This document shows, piece by piece, positions 38,401 through 50,161 of a DNA stretch of 64,000 nucleotides. Location: assembly GCA_051294375.1 (NCBI GenBank), contig CM119264.1, positions 21,471,125 through 21,535,124 on the forward strand, written 5' to 3'. This DNA comes from Paraspadella gotoi. Taxonomy: Eukaryota; Animalia; Chaetognatha. Numbering within the stretch: position 1 is the stretch's first letter; the number at the start of each line of letters is the position of its first letter. A program made the position numbers and the translations under genes. The notes below the pieces were generated by a model. It was given only the letters and a program-made list of their open reading frames with translations, searched no databases and was not told the DNA's origin.

Positions 38401-40193
38401 GGAAAGTCGTTTTCGGGTTTTTTAACGTTTTTATCTCTTTTTACATTGGAAAGTCGTTTGTCGGTGTTTTTTATCTCTTTTTACATTGGAAAATCGTTTG
38501 TCGGTGTTTTTATCTCTTTTTACATTGGAAAAGTCGTTTGTCGATGTTTTTTAACTTTATTTTTTTATATTGAAAAAGTGTTTGCCGAAGTTTTAACGTT
38601 TTTATTTTTTTATCGTTTGCCGGTGTTTTCTACGTTTTTATCACTTTTTCATTGGAAAAAGTCTTTTTCTTGTTTCTAAAGTTTTTATCTCCTTTTATAT
38701 TGGAAAGTCTTTTGCAGGTGTTTTAAAAGTTTTTATCTCTTTTTACATAGGAAATGTCGTCTGCCGGTGTATTTAACGTTTTCATCACTTTTTACAAAAA
38801 AAAAGTCGTTTTTCGGTGTTTTTAACGTTTTTATCTCTTTTTACATAGAAAAAGAAAGCAAAGAAGTCGTTTCTCGGTGTTTTTAACGTTTTAGCTGTTT
38901 TAACATAGGTAAATGAAAGTAAAAGTCGTTTTCCGGTGTTTTTAACGTTTTTTATCTTTTTATTACAATCAAAATTTTTTTGTCGGTGTTTTTAACCTTT
39001 ATATCTATTTTTATATTGAAAAAGTTGTTTGCAGAAGTTTTTATATCTTTTTTCTGTAAAAATCGTTTTCCGGTGTTTTCTACGTTTTTATCTCTTTTTA
39101 CATTCGAAAAAGCGTATTTTCTTTGTTTTTAAAGTTTTTATCTCCTTTTACATTGAGAAGTTGTTTTCTGGTGTTTTCAACGTTTTTATTCTTTTTACAA
39201 TGGAAAAGACGTTTTTCGGTGTTTTTAACGTTTTTTATTTTTTGTTGACATTGGAAAAGTCGTTTTTCGGGTGTTTTTAACGTTTTTAGCTCTTTTCATT
39301 GGAAAGTTGTTTGTCGGTATTTTTTATCTCTTTGCTTGGAAAAATCGTTTGCGGTTTTCAAAAGTTTTATCTCTTTTTATATGGAAAAGATGTTTGCTAG
39401 TGTTTTTAAGTTTTTATCTCTTTAAAGAAATCGTTTGCGATGTCTTTAACCTTTTATCTTTTTTATATTAAAAAAGTTTGCCGAAGTTTTTAACGTTTTT
39501 ATTTCTTTTTACATTTTTTTTTCTGAAAGAAAACAGGGAGCAAACAAATAATTGCAGGAATGGTTCAAAAATATCTTATGTCACAATAAACGGAGAAATA
39601 AGGGAAGATAAAAATGAAAAAGAAATAATTAAGGACAAAAATAAATCTGCGCTGCATCTAATATGAATAAATGTAACAAAAATAAATTGTTTTGAAAATA
39701 AGTCTAAACTGCCGGCCAAACAGTTCGGAACTAAAATGTAAAATTAATTATATTTATATATATTGGGAACCAATATATAAACAAACATCAAACAAACATT
39801 CCCACGCAAATATGGCAGTCATTCATGGTCCCGAAATCGTTCATTCATTAATCAATTTTCGATATCTCTTCACAAATCAAAGAAAATCTTCCTTTTCCTA
39901 ACCCCAAAATGGTAAGTGTAACGGATCAGTCTATCATCCTCTTTAAAGGTGTGCAAATTATAATTAAGTCAGCAATTTCCAATAAGAATTAATTGTTTCA
40001 TAATTTTAATTTAAATTCAAAACAGTGACGGCAACCCCAGTTTGCTGAGAGTGCAGAGAGCCGCAATGTCCTTTTAACAGTGTAAAAGGGTAAGAGACTC
40101 AGAACCTTAAGGTAAGATTATTTCGCCAGTGCGGGTTTTTTAGTTAAAGTAAAATATAAAGTATTATTTTTGTAAAATATTTCGTAAACACTA

Positions 40194-40553
40194 ATGCAGA
40201 AAATTGTTTTTGTTCGGTCTGCGGCGCCATTTTACACTCTGCTCGCCAAACTCGGCCGTAAATATGGGAAATCATGTTTCATGTCACCAATCAAGGCGTT
40301 TTCGTTTTGCTCAATGCTTATCGGCATCGTCGTCCTTCAATGTCGTCGTTGTGTCGGTAAGAGAAAGGTGCCGAAACATGCAAAAAGATATTAAAAGGGT
40401 GCAAAAATTTCAGGATCGTCCAGTTCAAAGTTTCGTTTGTCCGTTCCCTGTACTCTGCTCAATGATCGCAACAAGAATAAGAAGCGTCCGGTCGCGCCTC
40501 AGCGCAAATCGAAAAACCAAATTGCGGACATCGAAGATCACTCCGAAGTTTAG
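40194..40553 (+). CDS. Putative spliced ORF (~100 aa; 57-nt intron 40357-40413), antisense to the Gypsy element
   Basis: The GTAAGA...TTTCAG intron removes an in-frame TAA and gives ...AFSFCSMLIGIVVLQCRRCVG|SSSSKFRL...IEDHSEV*, a hydrophobic stretch followed by a basic tail. Further donor-like sites at ~39912 and ~40112. Confidence 0.3.
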
Positions 40554-40573
40554 GTAAACCCATTCGAATGTTA

Positions 40574-41529
40574 CATGGTGACAATTTTACAAGCGCCGGT
40601 AGAAATACGCTGTCATTTGCAAACCAGTGGTTATTTCATTGATTTTAAAATTGAGTTGAGTAGAAAATACTAAAACTATTTATGTGTTAAAATTTTATAT
40701 TGATCAGTTAAGATATGCCTTGACAATGAGTGGAGAAAGTTGGCTTGTAAAATCGGGTTTTATTTTCCAACTCACTGTTTTTAAATTCAATTTTTTTGGG
40801 GAAATTTTAGCACTTTTTTAAACAAAGTATTTATTAAAATAATAACAATATTAATATCCTCAGAAAGCCCTTAAAAATATGAAGAGATTGATATACTTAC
40901 GAATACTGTAGTATAAAATTTAACTGGCCCAGCTTTAATTTAATTAAGATATTTAAAAATGAGACATCTTTTTAAAAATCATTAGCTGGAGAATAAATTT
41001 ATAATTTTTATCAATTGTGATTGGCTATCTTAAATATTTTTTTCTCAGGCTCTTCATGATACTTATATAAATAATAATATTTTTGTTATAATAATTTAAA
41101 CAGTTCATATATTTTGAAAAAAGATTTAAAATTTTAAATAATTCATTTTTGACACTCTTAATTGAACCAAGGCTGGGCAGCTTACTTTTTATGTTAGAGC
41201 TTTCGTAAGTTTATCAATCTCTTTATATTTCCAAGGGCTTTCTGAGGATATTAATATTGTTAATATTTTAATAAATACTATGTTTAAAAAAGTTCTAAAA
41301 GTTCAAAAAAAATTGAATTTAAAAAAAGTGAGTTGGAAATTGAAACCCGATTTGACAAGCCAACTTTCTCCACTCATTGTCAAGGCATATCTTAACTGAT
41401 CAATATAAAATTTTAACACATAAATAGTTTTAGTATTTTTTACTCAACTCAATTTTAAAATCAATGAAATAACAACTGGTTTGCAAATGACAGCATATTT
41501 CTACCGGCGCTTGTAAAATTGTCACCATG
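40574..41529. mobile_element. 956-bp Tc1/mariner-type foldback MITE (TA TSD)
   Basis: TA|CATGGTGACAATTTTACAAGCGCCGGTAGAAATA...TATTTCTACCGGCGCTTGTAAAATTGTCACCATG|TA. The inverted arms match closely for more than 300 bp. Confidence 0.95.
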
Positions 41530-41785
41530 TATTTCAATGTAAACACCGTCTTATTTAGGTTCTATAAATATTCGAATTAATTATTAAATGATCCAAATAA
41601 TTATTATTCATATTTCTAATTTGTCAAACCATTATCAGGTTGGTTGACTTCGATCGGCAACATGACAACATGCATGTTTCATTCTTCAATTAGTTTCATC
41701 ATATCAAATATTAACGTTATTAACGATTTGAATTAAATTTGAATATATGAATTTTAATTTTCGCTTTCAATCGATCAACTTAAAG

Positions 41786-42004
41786 TCAATAATTTCTACG
41801 AGACTTTAGCTTCTCCCACATTTCCTTACAAATCGGTCGTTCTCGGAATTGCTGATCAGTATCGCAGAACAGCAGTCGGTCGACGAGTTCCGCTAAAACG
41901 CGCATGCCTTGAGCATTCAGGTGAGTTCGGTCCGCATCGTACAAATTATTGTCTAACACTAACCGACCGTATCTTTTCTGGCGTAAGCAATTTTGTTTAA
42001 CCAT
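41786..42004 (-). pseudogene. C-terminal fragment of a GDSL/SGNH hydrolase-like ORF downstream of the integrase
   Basis: LYDADRTHLNAQGMRVLAELV matches the SGNH block V pattern DxxHxxxxGxxxxA. Confidence 0.65.
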
Positions 42005-42027
42005 TTCAAAATTCGAATCAGACAGAT

Positions 42028-42973
42028 TTAATTTAATCGTTCCGAGTACGGTTGATGTCTACTGAAGTACGTACTTTGTTGTACTTGTACTCCCAATTTT
42101 CTCAAAATAATTTGATTGACATTTTGTTGAGTCACACATTTACCATCGATCGAAACGCAATACCAAATTCCATGAGATTCGAATATCTTAAGAAAAGCTT
42201 GTGCGACATCTTCTGCCGAAGTTGATTTCATTGGTATTAAAAAAAGATTGTCTACTGTAAGCATCTCTAGCTGAGAATATATATTTATACCCTTTCGAGT
42301 TTGTTATCGGACCCAGCAAATCGCAAGAAAGTATTTGTCTCGGTTTCTCCTCCTTTTTCTTTTTCTTCTTTTTCTTTTTTTTCTTTTTCTCCTTTTTTCC
42401 CCTTCTTTTCTTGGTTTCTCCTTCACCGTCGGTTTTATGTTGTAACTCACACAAACATGACAGTTTATGATTGCGTCAGTAATTCGTCTTTTCATTTCAG
42501 GCGTATAGTACATTGTCGATATAATTTTAAAAACAGTATGGTAATTACAATGTCCGTAATCGTGGTGTACTTTCTCGGCCATTTCGATCAGCTGCTTAGT
42601 ATCTAATAGTATTAATTTATCTACCTTTCCGTTTTCCTTTACAAATAATCTAAAAATAATTTGCTGGTTATTTATTTTGAAAAGCGAAATATGTCGTAAT
42701 ATCGTTAAGTCGTGTGACTCTAATTGTAGAGCGTCGCTCTTTGATGGCCGAGATTCGTCGTCAGTGATCCAAGATTTCCACTTTTTTATCTCGGTCAAGT
42801 CGTTTTGAAATTTGAGAATTCCTTCGCTCCCTATTTGCGAAAGCTTCAGCAATTCTATATTTTCGAAATCGTTTTCTTTTATTTCAAGTTTCGGTTTATT
42901 TGCTAATAAATCATCGGTCGCTGTTACGTTTATCGTACATTTTTCTTTCGTATTATTTAGTTGAGATATACAA
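42028..42973 (-). pseudogene. Ty3/Gypsy integrase, frameshifted and truncated
   Basis: HHCC zinc-binding region (HHDYGH...YYTPEM...I..CHVC) and rve core LSCDLLGPI..SKGYKYI...DAYSR, FLIPMKSTSAEDVAQAF, VSIDG, PYSERLN. A GAAAAA microsatellite expansion lies at ~42345-42420. Confidence 0.92.
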
Positions 42974-45900
42974 TTACAGCAGCAGGAGCAATGCTCCGAT
43001 TACAATTACACAATTACAATTAAATTACAATTAAACCTCTCGCAACAGTCCTTTACCTTTGGTTTCCTCTTGCAACAGACTTTTACCTTTGGTTTCCTCT
43101 CGCAACAACCTTTACCTTTACCTTTACCTTTACCTTTTTGCCTTTTACTACCTTTGCCTTTCCCCTTTTACACTGCCATCCTGCAGGCGGATTCGTTTGC
43201 TTCTTGAGTTTCAACCCCTGAGGTGCAGCGGATTCCACTTTAAGATCCAGGGCTCAAAAAGATTCTAAAGGGAAGATTTCTGATTAATCTGAATTTATTT
43301 TAGATATTTTAGATATTTTTGCCAAGGGCCCTCTTTTCCCCCTTTCAAAAAGTGGCGTCTTTGAATTCTAACTGACTAGGCTTATCCTGCGCATTCAAGA
43401 CCAGATAAAATCGGGAATAAATGGCGCAGAAGAGACGATGGCGCCGGTCATGACGCCCTGGAGATGATGACGACAGTCTCGGCAGAACGACGTCGGCTAA
43501 GGCCGAAAGGACGACGATCTGCAAAGACCAGGACTTGACGAAATGTCTATGTAATAGTCGTAGTTGTAGAGTCAACCGCATTCCAAAAAACGTAAAAAAC
43601 ACTAAAAAACAGGCCAATCCTGGCGTTTAACTTTAAAACCGTTTGCCCGCTAACTGAAAAAGATACAATCAAATGGCCCTATAAAAAAATTGACACAAGG
43701 CAGGGGGGAATGCGACGAAGGGAGCTAAATATTTCTAACTTTCTAACTGACACAATTAAAATGATTTTTGGCAAACTATCTCCGGGCATTATTACTACAA
43801 AATAACTGAAGCAGAACTAAATCTTTTCTTTTTTCATTAGGGCGAAGCGCGAAGGGCGGTGGATCTGTCTCCGGAGGTCGACCTCGAACTCGACATATAT
43901 TACACCCGATTCCTTCGATAAGTAGCCAACTAAAAAAGGAAACGTGAATATTAGTGGAAGCCCGAATTGTGAGTACAATACGGCACCGCCGGGACCAATT
44001 CGAATTCCATAAAGTGGAACCGAAAAGGTAAAAGAAAAATACTATGGTTGTCGATCATTGGTAAAACGATATACACGTTTACCTGAAATGCAACTTTCCG
44101 TCCCCCGCAGGAACGAAATCGGATTTCGAAGTTGATATTGAACCGGCTAAGAACAATACCAACCCTTCGAACTTCAGACGAACATGGTGAGGCCAAATGT
44201 GCCTTTCATAATCACGAACAACCAGAGACGAAGTCGAAGGACACAAATCTCAAAATATTCAAATTTTCCTCACCGCAGGTAGCCGCATAAAGGATCGACA
44301 CATACGTCAGGCACATCAGGCATACTCCCCAGTCATCCTTTAACGATCCTTGATGAAGCCCTCCGATGCGAAAGACCGAATCTTCGAAGATCTGCGTACG
44401 TTCGACTCCTTACCAAAAAATATTAGAGACGCACAACCGTACTACGACACGAAAAACCTTAAACTGAGCGTACGGGAAAAAATAGTAAAATAAGAAGAGA
44501 ATCAAATTTGTACTAAGCTTCGCCGTCGAATCTTGTAAATAAATCTTCTTGAAATGAATCATTCCTGAAATATACACTGTAAAACAAAAAAAATTAAATT
44601 CCTTATCTACCTAATGTCGTAGTAGGTTGGCAAAATAAAAAATATTAGACTAAACCTAAAAACGAAATCAATTCCTATCACAATACTAAGACCCGAAACA
44701 TACGAAAACCAAAAAATCGTTACTCTATAAAACAAAAGCAATACTAAACGCGCTGAAGGAAGTTACTTTACTGGTTTAACCTTGCTTTAAGCATCCGTCT
44801 GCCGTATCAACGAGATTAAATACGGCAAGGTAAAACTAGGAGACAACGGATGGGGCGAGCATGCTCCAACCCTGCCAAAAAGCAAGCAAAGCAATAACAT
44901 GGTAAACCTTCTCGACGCTGGCTCCTTACCCAGCTCCCTGCTATCTTACATTAAAGGGAGAAAGACACAAAAAAGTGAGATGTCCAAACGATTACGAACC
45001 AATTTACCTGCCACAGAAAATTGGGACGCAACTGTAAGGACGGGTAAGTACTAAAAGGGTTCTCGGTAAGGTCACTTGCCCGTCTAAAGAGAAAGACGGT
45101 AGTCAGACAAGTAAACCTTCGTTACCGAATGCCGAAAAAAGTTTGGAGTTCCCGACGATTTCTCTCAACCAATTCTTGCTACGTACAAGAGAAACCGTCC
45201 GCCTGGCGGCGCGCAGGGAGACAGTCTTGAACAGGGTTGACCGTCACTCCAAAAGCCTAAAGTTGTTATATTTTAGCGTCAACTCACAAAACTCAAAAAG
45301 CGAAAAAATGTTAGGGGCAAACTATGAATAATATAAAATATCAAAGAGAGATAATGTATATTATTCTTTCCTACTCTAATTGTCGTCTCTTCTCCTAGGC
45401 TATCAAAAAATCAACAAAGCTAAGTAAATACAAAAAAAGGGACAGATGGGGTGTTTTTAAGCAGTGGGGTGGTTTGCAACACACCTCCGAAGAGGGTTTC
45501 GTTCTTCCGTCTTGTTCGGGTCGGGAAGAACACGCTTTGGCGAGCGTTGGTTGTTTCCTCCTCTCACTCAACCAAAAACCTTGAACTTGACTCAACTTTA
45601 CCTTTTTTTCAACTCCTACAAAAAACCTAAAGACGAACTCAACAAACGTACAAGTGTGACGACGTCAAGTTCATACTTTTTCGAAAAAAAAAATTAGCAA
45701 AAAATACAAGAAAAGAACTACGTAGTTAATTTGTAATGTTTGGGGGAAACGGGGGAAAATCTCAAATTTCTCTCGAGCGTAAAGTCGCGAAGATCTGAGG
45801 AAAAAGGCATGATGTTAAATAACACTTTTCCCGGAGATAATTCGAGGCCGTACGATCGATTGAAAATTGAGGTTAACCTACCGAAAACCAAACACACAAA

Positions 45901-48002
45901 ATAACAATATTATTTTATTTTATTTTATTTAAAACTAAAAAAATATTAAGAAAAAACGTAAGTACGCCACTTATTCTCAGAAATGACCGCCGCATCAAGC
46001 TTCACTACGCCCGATGCAACTTTCGAAATTCGTAGCTTTAACCCGTGATCGTCGTCACGATCCGAGCGTCCACTATGAACAGGAAGTGTCGTCGCACGCA
46101 GGCGAAACCGGATATAACGTGCATTCACACACGTGGGAAAATTTGGGGAAAAATTCGCACGCGTGAGAAAAAGGGGCGTGGCTTACGGTCGCCATCGACG
46201 ATGCATCGAAACGTTCGATGGCCGCGTTACCAAAATACTGATGAGTCAACATAACGCAATATTACGGAGGCGTAACAAAATATGATGAAATATAACGTTA
46301 TCCGCTGTAACATCGCGAAATCCTGACGCAACGAAAACGAAATAAAAATGTAAAATTTTTCCAAAAAACGTTAAAAAGGAAAAAAATGGAGATTTTGAAA
46401 AAAGGTAAAGTTATTTACATTGGTCGAACGAGAGAGGCTAGAACGGGCCGACTTCCCGCCGCACGGACAAGCCTCCCACGAACCTCACCGCCGGCCCATG
46501 AAAAATCACCCTTCCACCAATACTTTGTTGACCGAGACGGACGTCCAAGCCGAGCAAAGCAAAGAGGAACTCCGTCCACTAAAGGCGCCCCTATGTCGGT
46601 CAAGGCCGACATAGTGCAGAAATGCGAAATAAATAATAAATAAATCATGAGTAATGAAATAAAAATAAATAAGGCTTTTGAAACGGGGCACTCCCAAGTG
46701 CAGAAAAAATAGGAAATCCGCCTTTGAACGCGACTGAAAGAAAGTAATTAATAAAAAACGTTTGTCGCCGCGTTTTACAGGAAATCGAAATATCGAATCC
46801 GTATTTCGAGATCCCAACCCTTTACTCCCGCCACAGGAGAATCCGAATTTTCATTCGAATTTAAATAAAGCCAGAAAAACAGAATTAACAGAAAGAAATA
46901 ATAACTGTTAATAAAACGAAATAAAGCATAAAAAGGAAGACGAGCTTTTCAGCTCCCAGAAAAGAAAAAGGCTTTCGAGAAAAGCCTGAGCGCCATCGTA
47001 TTAAAGTAAAAAATAGCCTAAGCCTTCAGGCGCGGAGGCCTGTTATCTTTAGAGAAAAAATACCCGAAAAAGAATCAAGGTAGACTTATATAAAAAATGA
47101 AAAATATAATATAAAAAATTATAATAATTCATTTAAAAAATTAAACCCGTTAAAAAACGCTCGGTTATTAACAAAAAATTCTCTAAATAATTTTTACTTT
47201 AAAAACGCTGCAAGCGTTTCAAAAAACGAAAAACTTGATTCTTTCCTGCGACCGGGGCCGTCGCACAAAAAATTGAAAAAACTTCTGCGCCCCAGTTTCT
47301 TTAAGATAAAAAAATGACTGGCCGTATAGAACGGACGCAGACTGGTCCTGGCCGCGGTTACGGACGCCGGACTAGAGTTCCGATAACCGTTAATTATTAA
47401 TTATTAACGGTTAAAAATGATTTTAACTTAACCGTTAATATATTTTATTATTAACGGTTAAATTCGGTAATTTTCAAGTATGATTATTGTAATTTTTGTT
47501 ATGAAAACTTTGATTTTTTTAAGAGAAAAGTTTTTTTCTGTCCTCTCTTATTCTCCTCTCCTTTCTCACTATATTTTTCCCCTTTCTCTCTCTTCTATAT
47601 TTTCCCTTTTTTTTTCTTTGTTATTTTCAACCCTTTTAATCTTTTTTCTATCCTAATCTCTAATCATTTTTTCTGCCCTTCCAGTATTTTTTTACCTACT
47701 TTCTCCTAATTGTTTTAGTTTTTCCTTTCAGCTAATATCAAAGAATATTTTGAAATATGATATGCATCTGTATATATTTTCTTGCAAATAAAATTCTTAC
47801 ATGCAATAATATTCTATTTTACTTTTTCTTTCCCTTTTTAAAATGAACAAAGAAGTAAATAAATAAAACCGAATGAATGAAAAATTTTTAAAAAACTAAA
47901 AAAAAAATTATTAGAAAATATTTAAAAAATGAACAATAGAAGGAATAAATCTTTGAAAGACATTAGGGCTAACTTAAACTATCTTTCAATGATTATATAA
48001 TA

Positions 48003-48245
48003 TAAAATTGAAACTGAAGAGACAGTAATTAATGTTATGTGTCAGTGACAAAACCGTCCAATATAAGCAGTCCCTGAGCTTCGGATCAGGCTGTAACACC
48101 ATGTTGCAGGCGGTTAAGCGCCCCGTCCCTCTTAACTGCTAGGCGGCCACCGGGCTAGAACCGCCGGAACTTTGGGTTGGGAGGCGAATGACTTGCCTCT
48201 GGCGCCAATGGCGCTGATGAACGGATGGAGGATTTTAGTCAACCA
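48003..48245 (-). mobile_element. tRNA-derived SINE inserted in hAT copy 2
   Basis: The minus strand has an A-box TGGCGCCAGAGG and a B-box GGTTCTAGCCC at tRNA-like spacing (tRNA-like head ~48143-48214), followed by a unique body. The segment is absent from hAT copy 1. Confidence 0.75.
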
Positions 48246-48330
48246 TAAAACAAATATTTATTAATTAATAACTCTTATGATCAATCGATCATTCAACCAT
48301 TCAATTAATAAATTGATATTCATAATTAAA

Positions 48331-48490
48331 AGAAAACAAAGTTTATTTGTTTATAAACAACGGGTTTTTATACCAAAAACGGACATGTTTCGACTTTTCC
48401 GAATCTACATCAGCGCGTGAGAGTCGAAACAGTTCCGTTTTTTTTTAAATAAAAGCCGTTGTTTGTAAAACAAATAAACTTTGCTTTCAC
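48331..48490. ncRNA. Palindromic hammerhead remnant in hAT copy 2 (same site as 5473-5627)
   Basis: Minus strand CTGATGTAGATTCGGAAAAGTCGAAACATGTCCG; plus arm GAGTCGAAACAGTTCCG. Confidence 0.5.
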
Positions 48491-49374
48491 TTATCTATAA
48501 AAGCAACGAAAAGAAAGTCTTAACACAATATTCATAATTATATTTATGGTCATGGTTATGAAAGACTAACAACAGAAAAACATGCTTTCAAGAAACTAAC
48601 AACTATAAAAATAATGAGGAATAGAAATAGAAAAAGCGAAAGCGAAAGTAAGAAAGAGAAAGAGAGAAAGAGAAAACAAAATATACAAAATTATGATTAC
48701 ATTGTGCTTTTTCTTTCATTATCTTTTTTCATATTTTAATTATGATATGAGTCAAAAGAAAGATTTATTATAATGCTTTATTTGATTAGCTGATGGGTAG
48801 ATTCAAGATAGTTTTCTCAAACCAATTTTCTCATTTATCAACTATAATGTGTACCTCATCTATCTGAAATAGAAGATAAAGACGATTCAGGAGCCGGAGT
48901 TAAGGAGAAAATACCATTAAATACTTTAATTAGTTTTAAATATTAATATTTTAAATTTAAAGTTAAATTATAAAATTAACCGATTTTAACGGTTAACCGT
49001 TAAAAACGTTAGTTTTAACGGTTAAGCGAAGTTCCTTTAAAATTAACGGTTAACGGAACCCTACGCAGGACAAAACAAAAAATAAATACCTGGCCGCGGT
49101 TACGGACGCATGTCTTCGGGTCGACGCCCGGAAACCAAAAAACGAAAAAATAAATTGTCTGGCCGTATAGAACGGACGCAGACCAAAAAACGAAAAAATC
49201 TAAAGAGAGACTAACTATAGAAGACCATTTTTCGTCGAAACGTCGTCAGATGTAATCCTCGGAGAGAACCACTGACCCACTGACGAACGACGAACCAGAT
49301 CCGTTGAGTTCTGTGAACAAAAAATAGGCACGAAATAAAGCATTAAGAAATAAAAAATAATAAGATATATACAA

Positions 49375-50160
49375 GTGTGCGGAAAAATTTAGATTAAAAA
49401 TCAGCCTAGGTAATTTATAATTTCGTTTCTCTTGTCTTTTGAGAATAGGTTTTCATTAGGGATAACCTCACCTAGTGAATTTCTAATAACAATATCGCGA
49501 AAAATATTTTTAGCCTCTGACATTTTCGAATTCTCGTCGCTCGATTCCAAACTTTGATCGGCGGCATTTAAAGTCGACGGTATGAAACGAACAACAATGT
49601 TATACCTATACTAAGCCAGTATGAAATTACTCTAGAGTCGACAAAAACATAAGTTTTACAAAAATTTCTATTTTCGGTTTTCGGTCGGTCTGTCCAGCTA
49701 CTATATTTAGCTTCTCACGGAGAACGGAATAAGGTAACCATTTCACCTTTTATTTTTGATATACGTTTCCCATAATCAATTATACTGTTATTGGATGCCA
49801 ACACATCACTACCTAATAAATTCGGACATTCATTTCCCATTACATATGTAAAAACGTTTATTTCCGTTTTGTTTATTTTCAAAGTCAGAGTGACATATTC
49901 CTCACAATAAACTTTACCACCAATTCCCTATCAATTTTTTTTTTGCATCGCTAAATTCAAAATGTTTAATTTTAATCTCAAACATTCATTTCATTTTCTT
50001 TTCTTCCAGTTTCATTTTGTTAGCCTACAGGCATCGTTTCTTCAGACAAGTCATTGCCATGTGATTGTCAGAAAAACAATTTCAGCATACATTCTTGCCA
50101 ATCCCTTTCTTTTCCGCCGATTCGGTATAGTTGAGTTTCCTTTTTACTGTAAACGATTTA
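49375..50160 (-). pseudogene. Deleted gag/protease/RNase H remnants of the Gypsy element
   Basis: Retropepsin C-terminal half: IGIGGKV (~49910-49931) and EYVTLTLKIN...PNLLGSDVL...IIDY (~49770-49905). RNase H motifs TYVFVDSRVISYWL and RYNIVVRFIPSTLNAAD (~49555-49660). Stops and frameshifts present. Confidence 0.8.
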
Positions 50161-50161
50161 C

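Larger units (their letters stand above)
16120..39515. repeat. ~49-bp satellite array, left block, with strand switches at ~18750, the 31387 gap and the 34904 gap
   Basis: Consensus on the T-rich strand TTTTAACGTTTTTATCTCTTTTTACATTGGAAAAGTCGTTTGTCGGTGT. A-rich orientation at 16120-18750 and 31487-34903; T-rich at 18750-31386 and 35449-39515. Confidence 0.97.
47373..49063. mobile_element. hAT-type non-autonomous element, copy 2
   Basis: Same TIRs as 4703-8498; 8-bp TSD CGCCGGAC/CGCAGGAC (7/8 match). Confidence 0.92.
42974..49362. mobile_element. 6.4-kb unclassified insertion in Gypsy pol (includes the 1.7-kb hAT copy)
   Basis: Flanked by AGATATACAA (42964-42973) and AGATATATACAA (49363-49374). 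Excising it restores the minus frame ...PHTCI-SQLNNTKEKCTINV. No TIR or LTR seen. Confidence 0.75.

Noticed and set aside
44790-44880. HDV-like ribozyme fold
   Set aside because: P1-, P4- and P2-like pairings can be drawn, but P3/L3 with the P1.1 cytosines is missing.
48143-48214. Functional tRNA gene
   Set aside because: The B-box and stems are degenerate, and it is continuous with a non-tRNA body inserted in a MITE. Treated as a SINE head.
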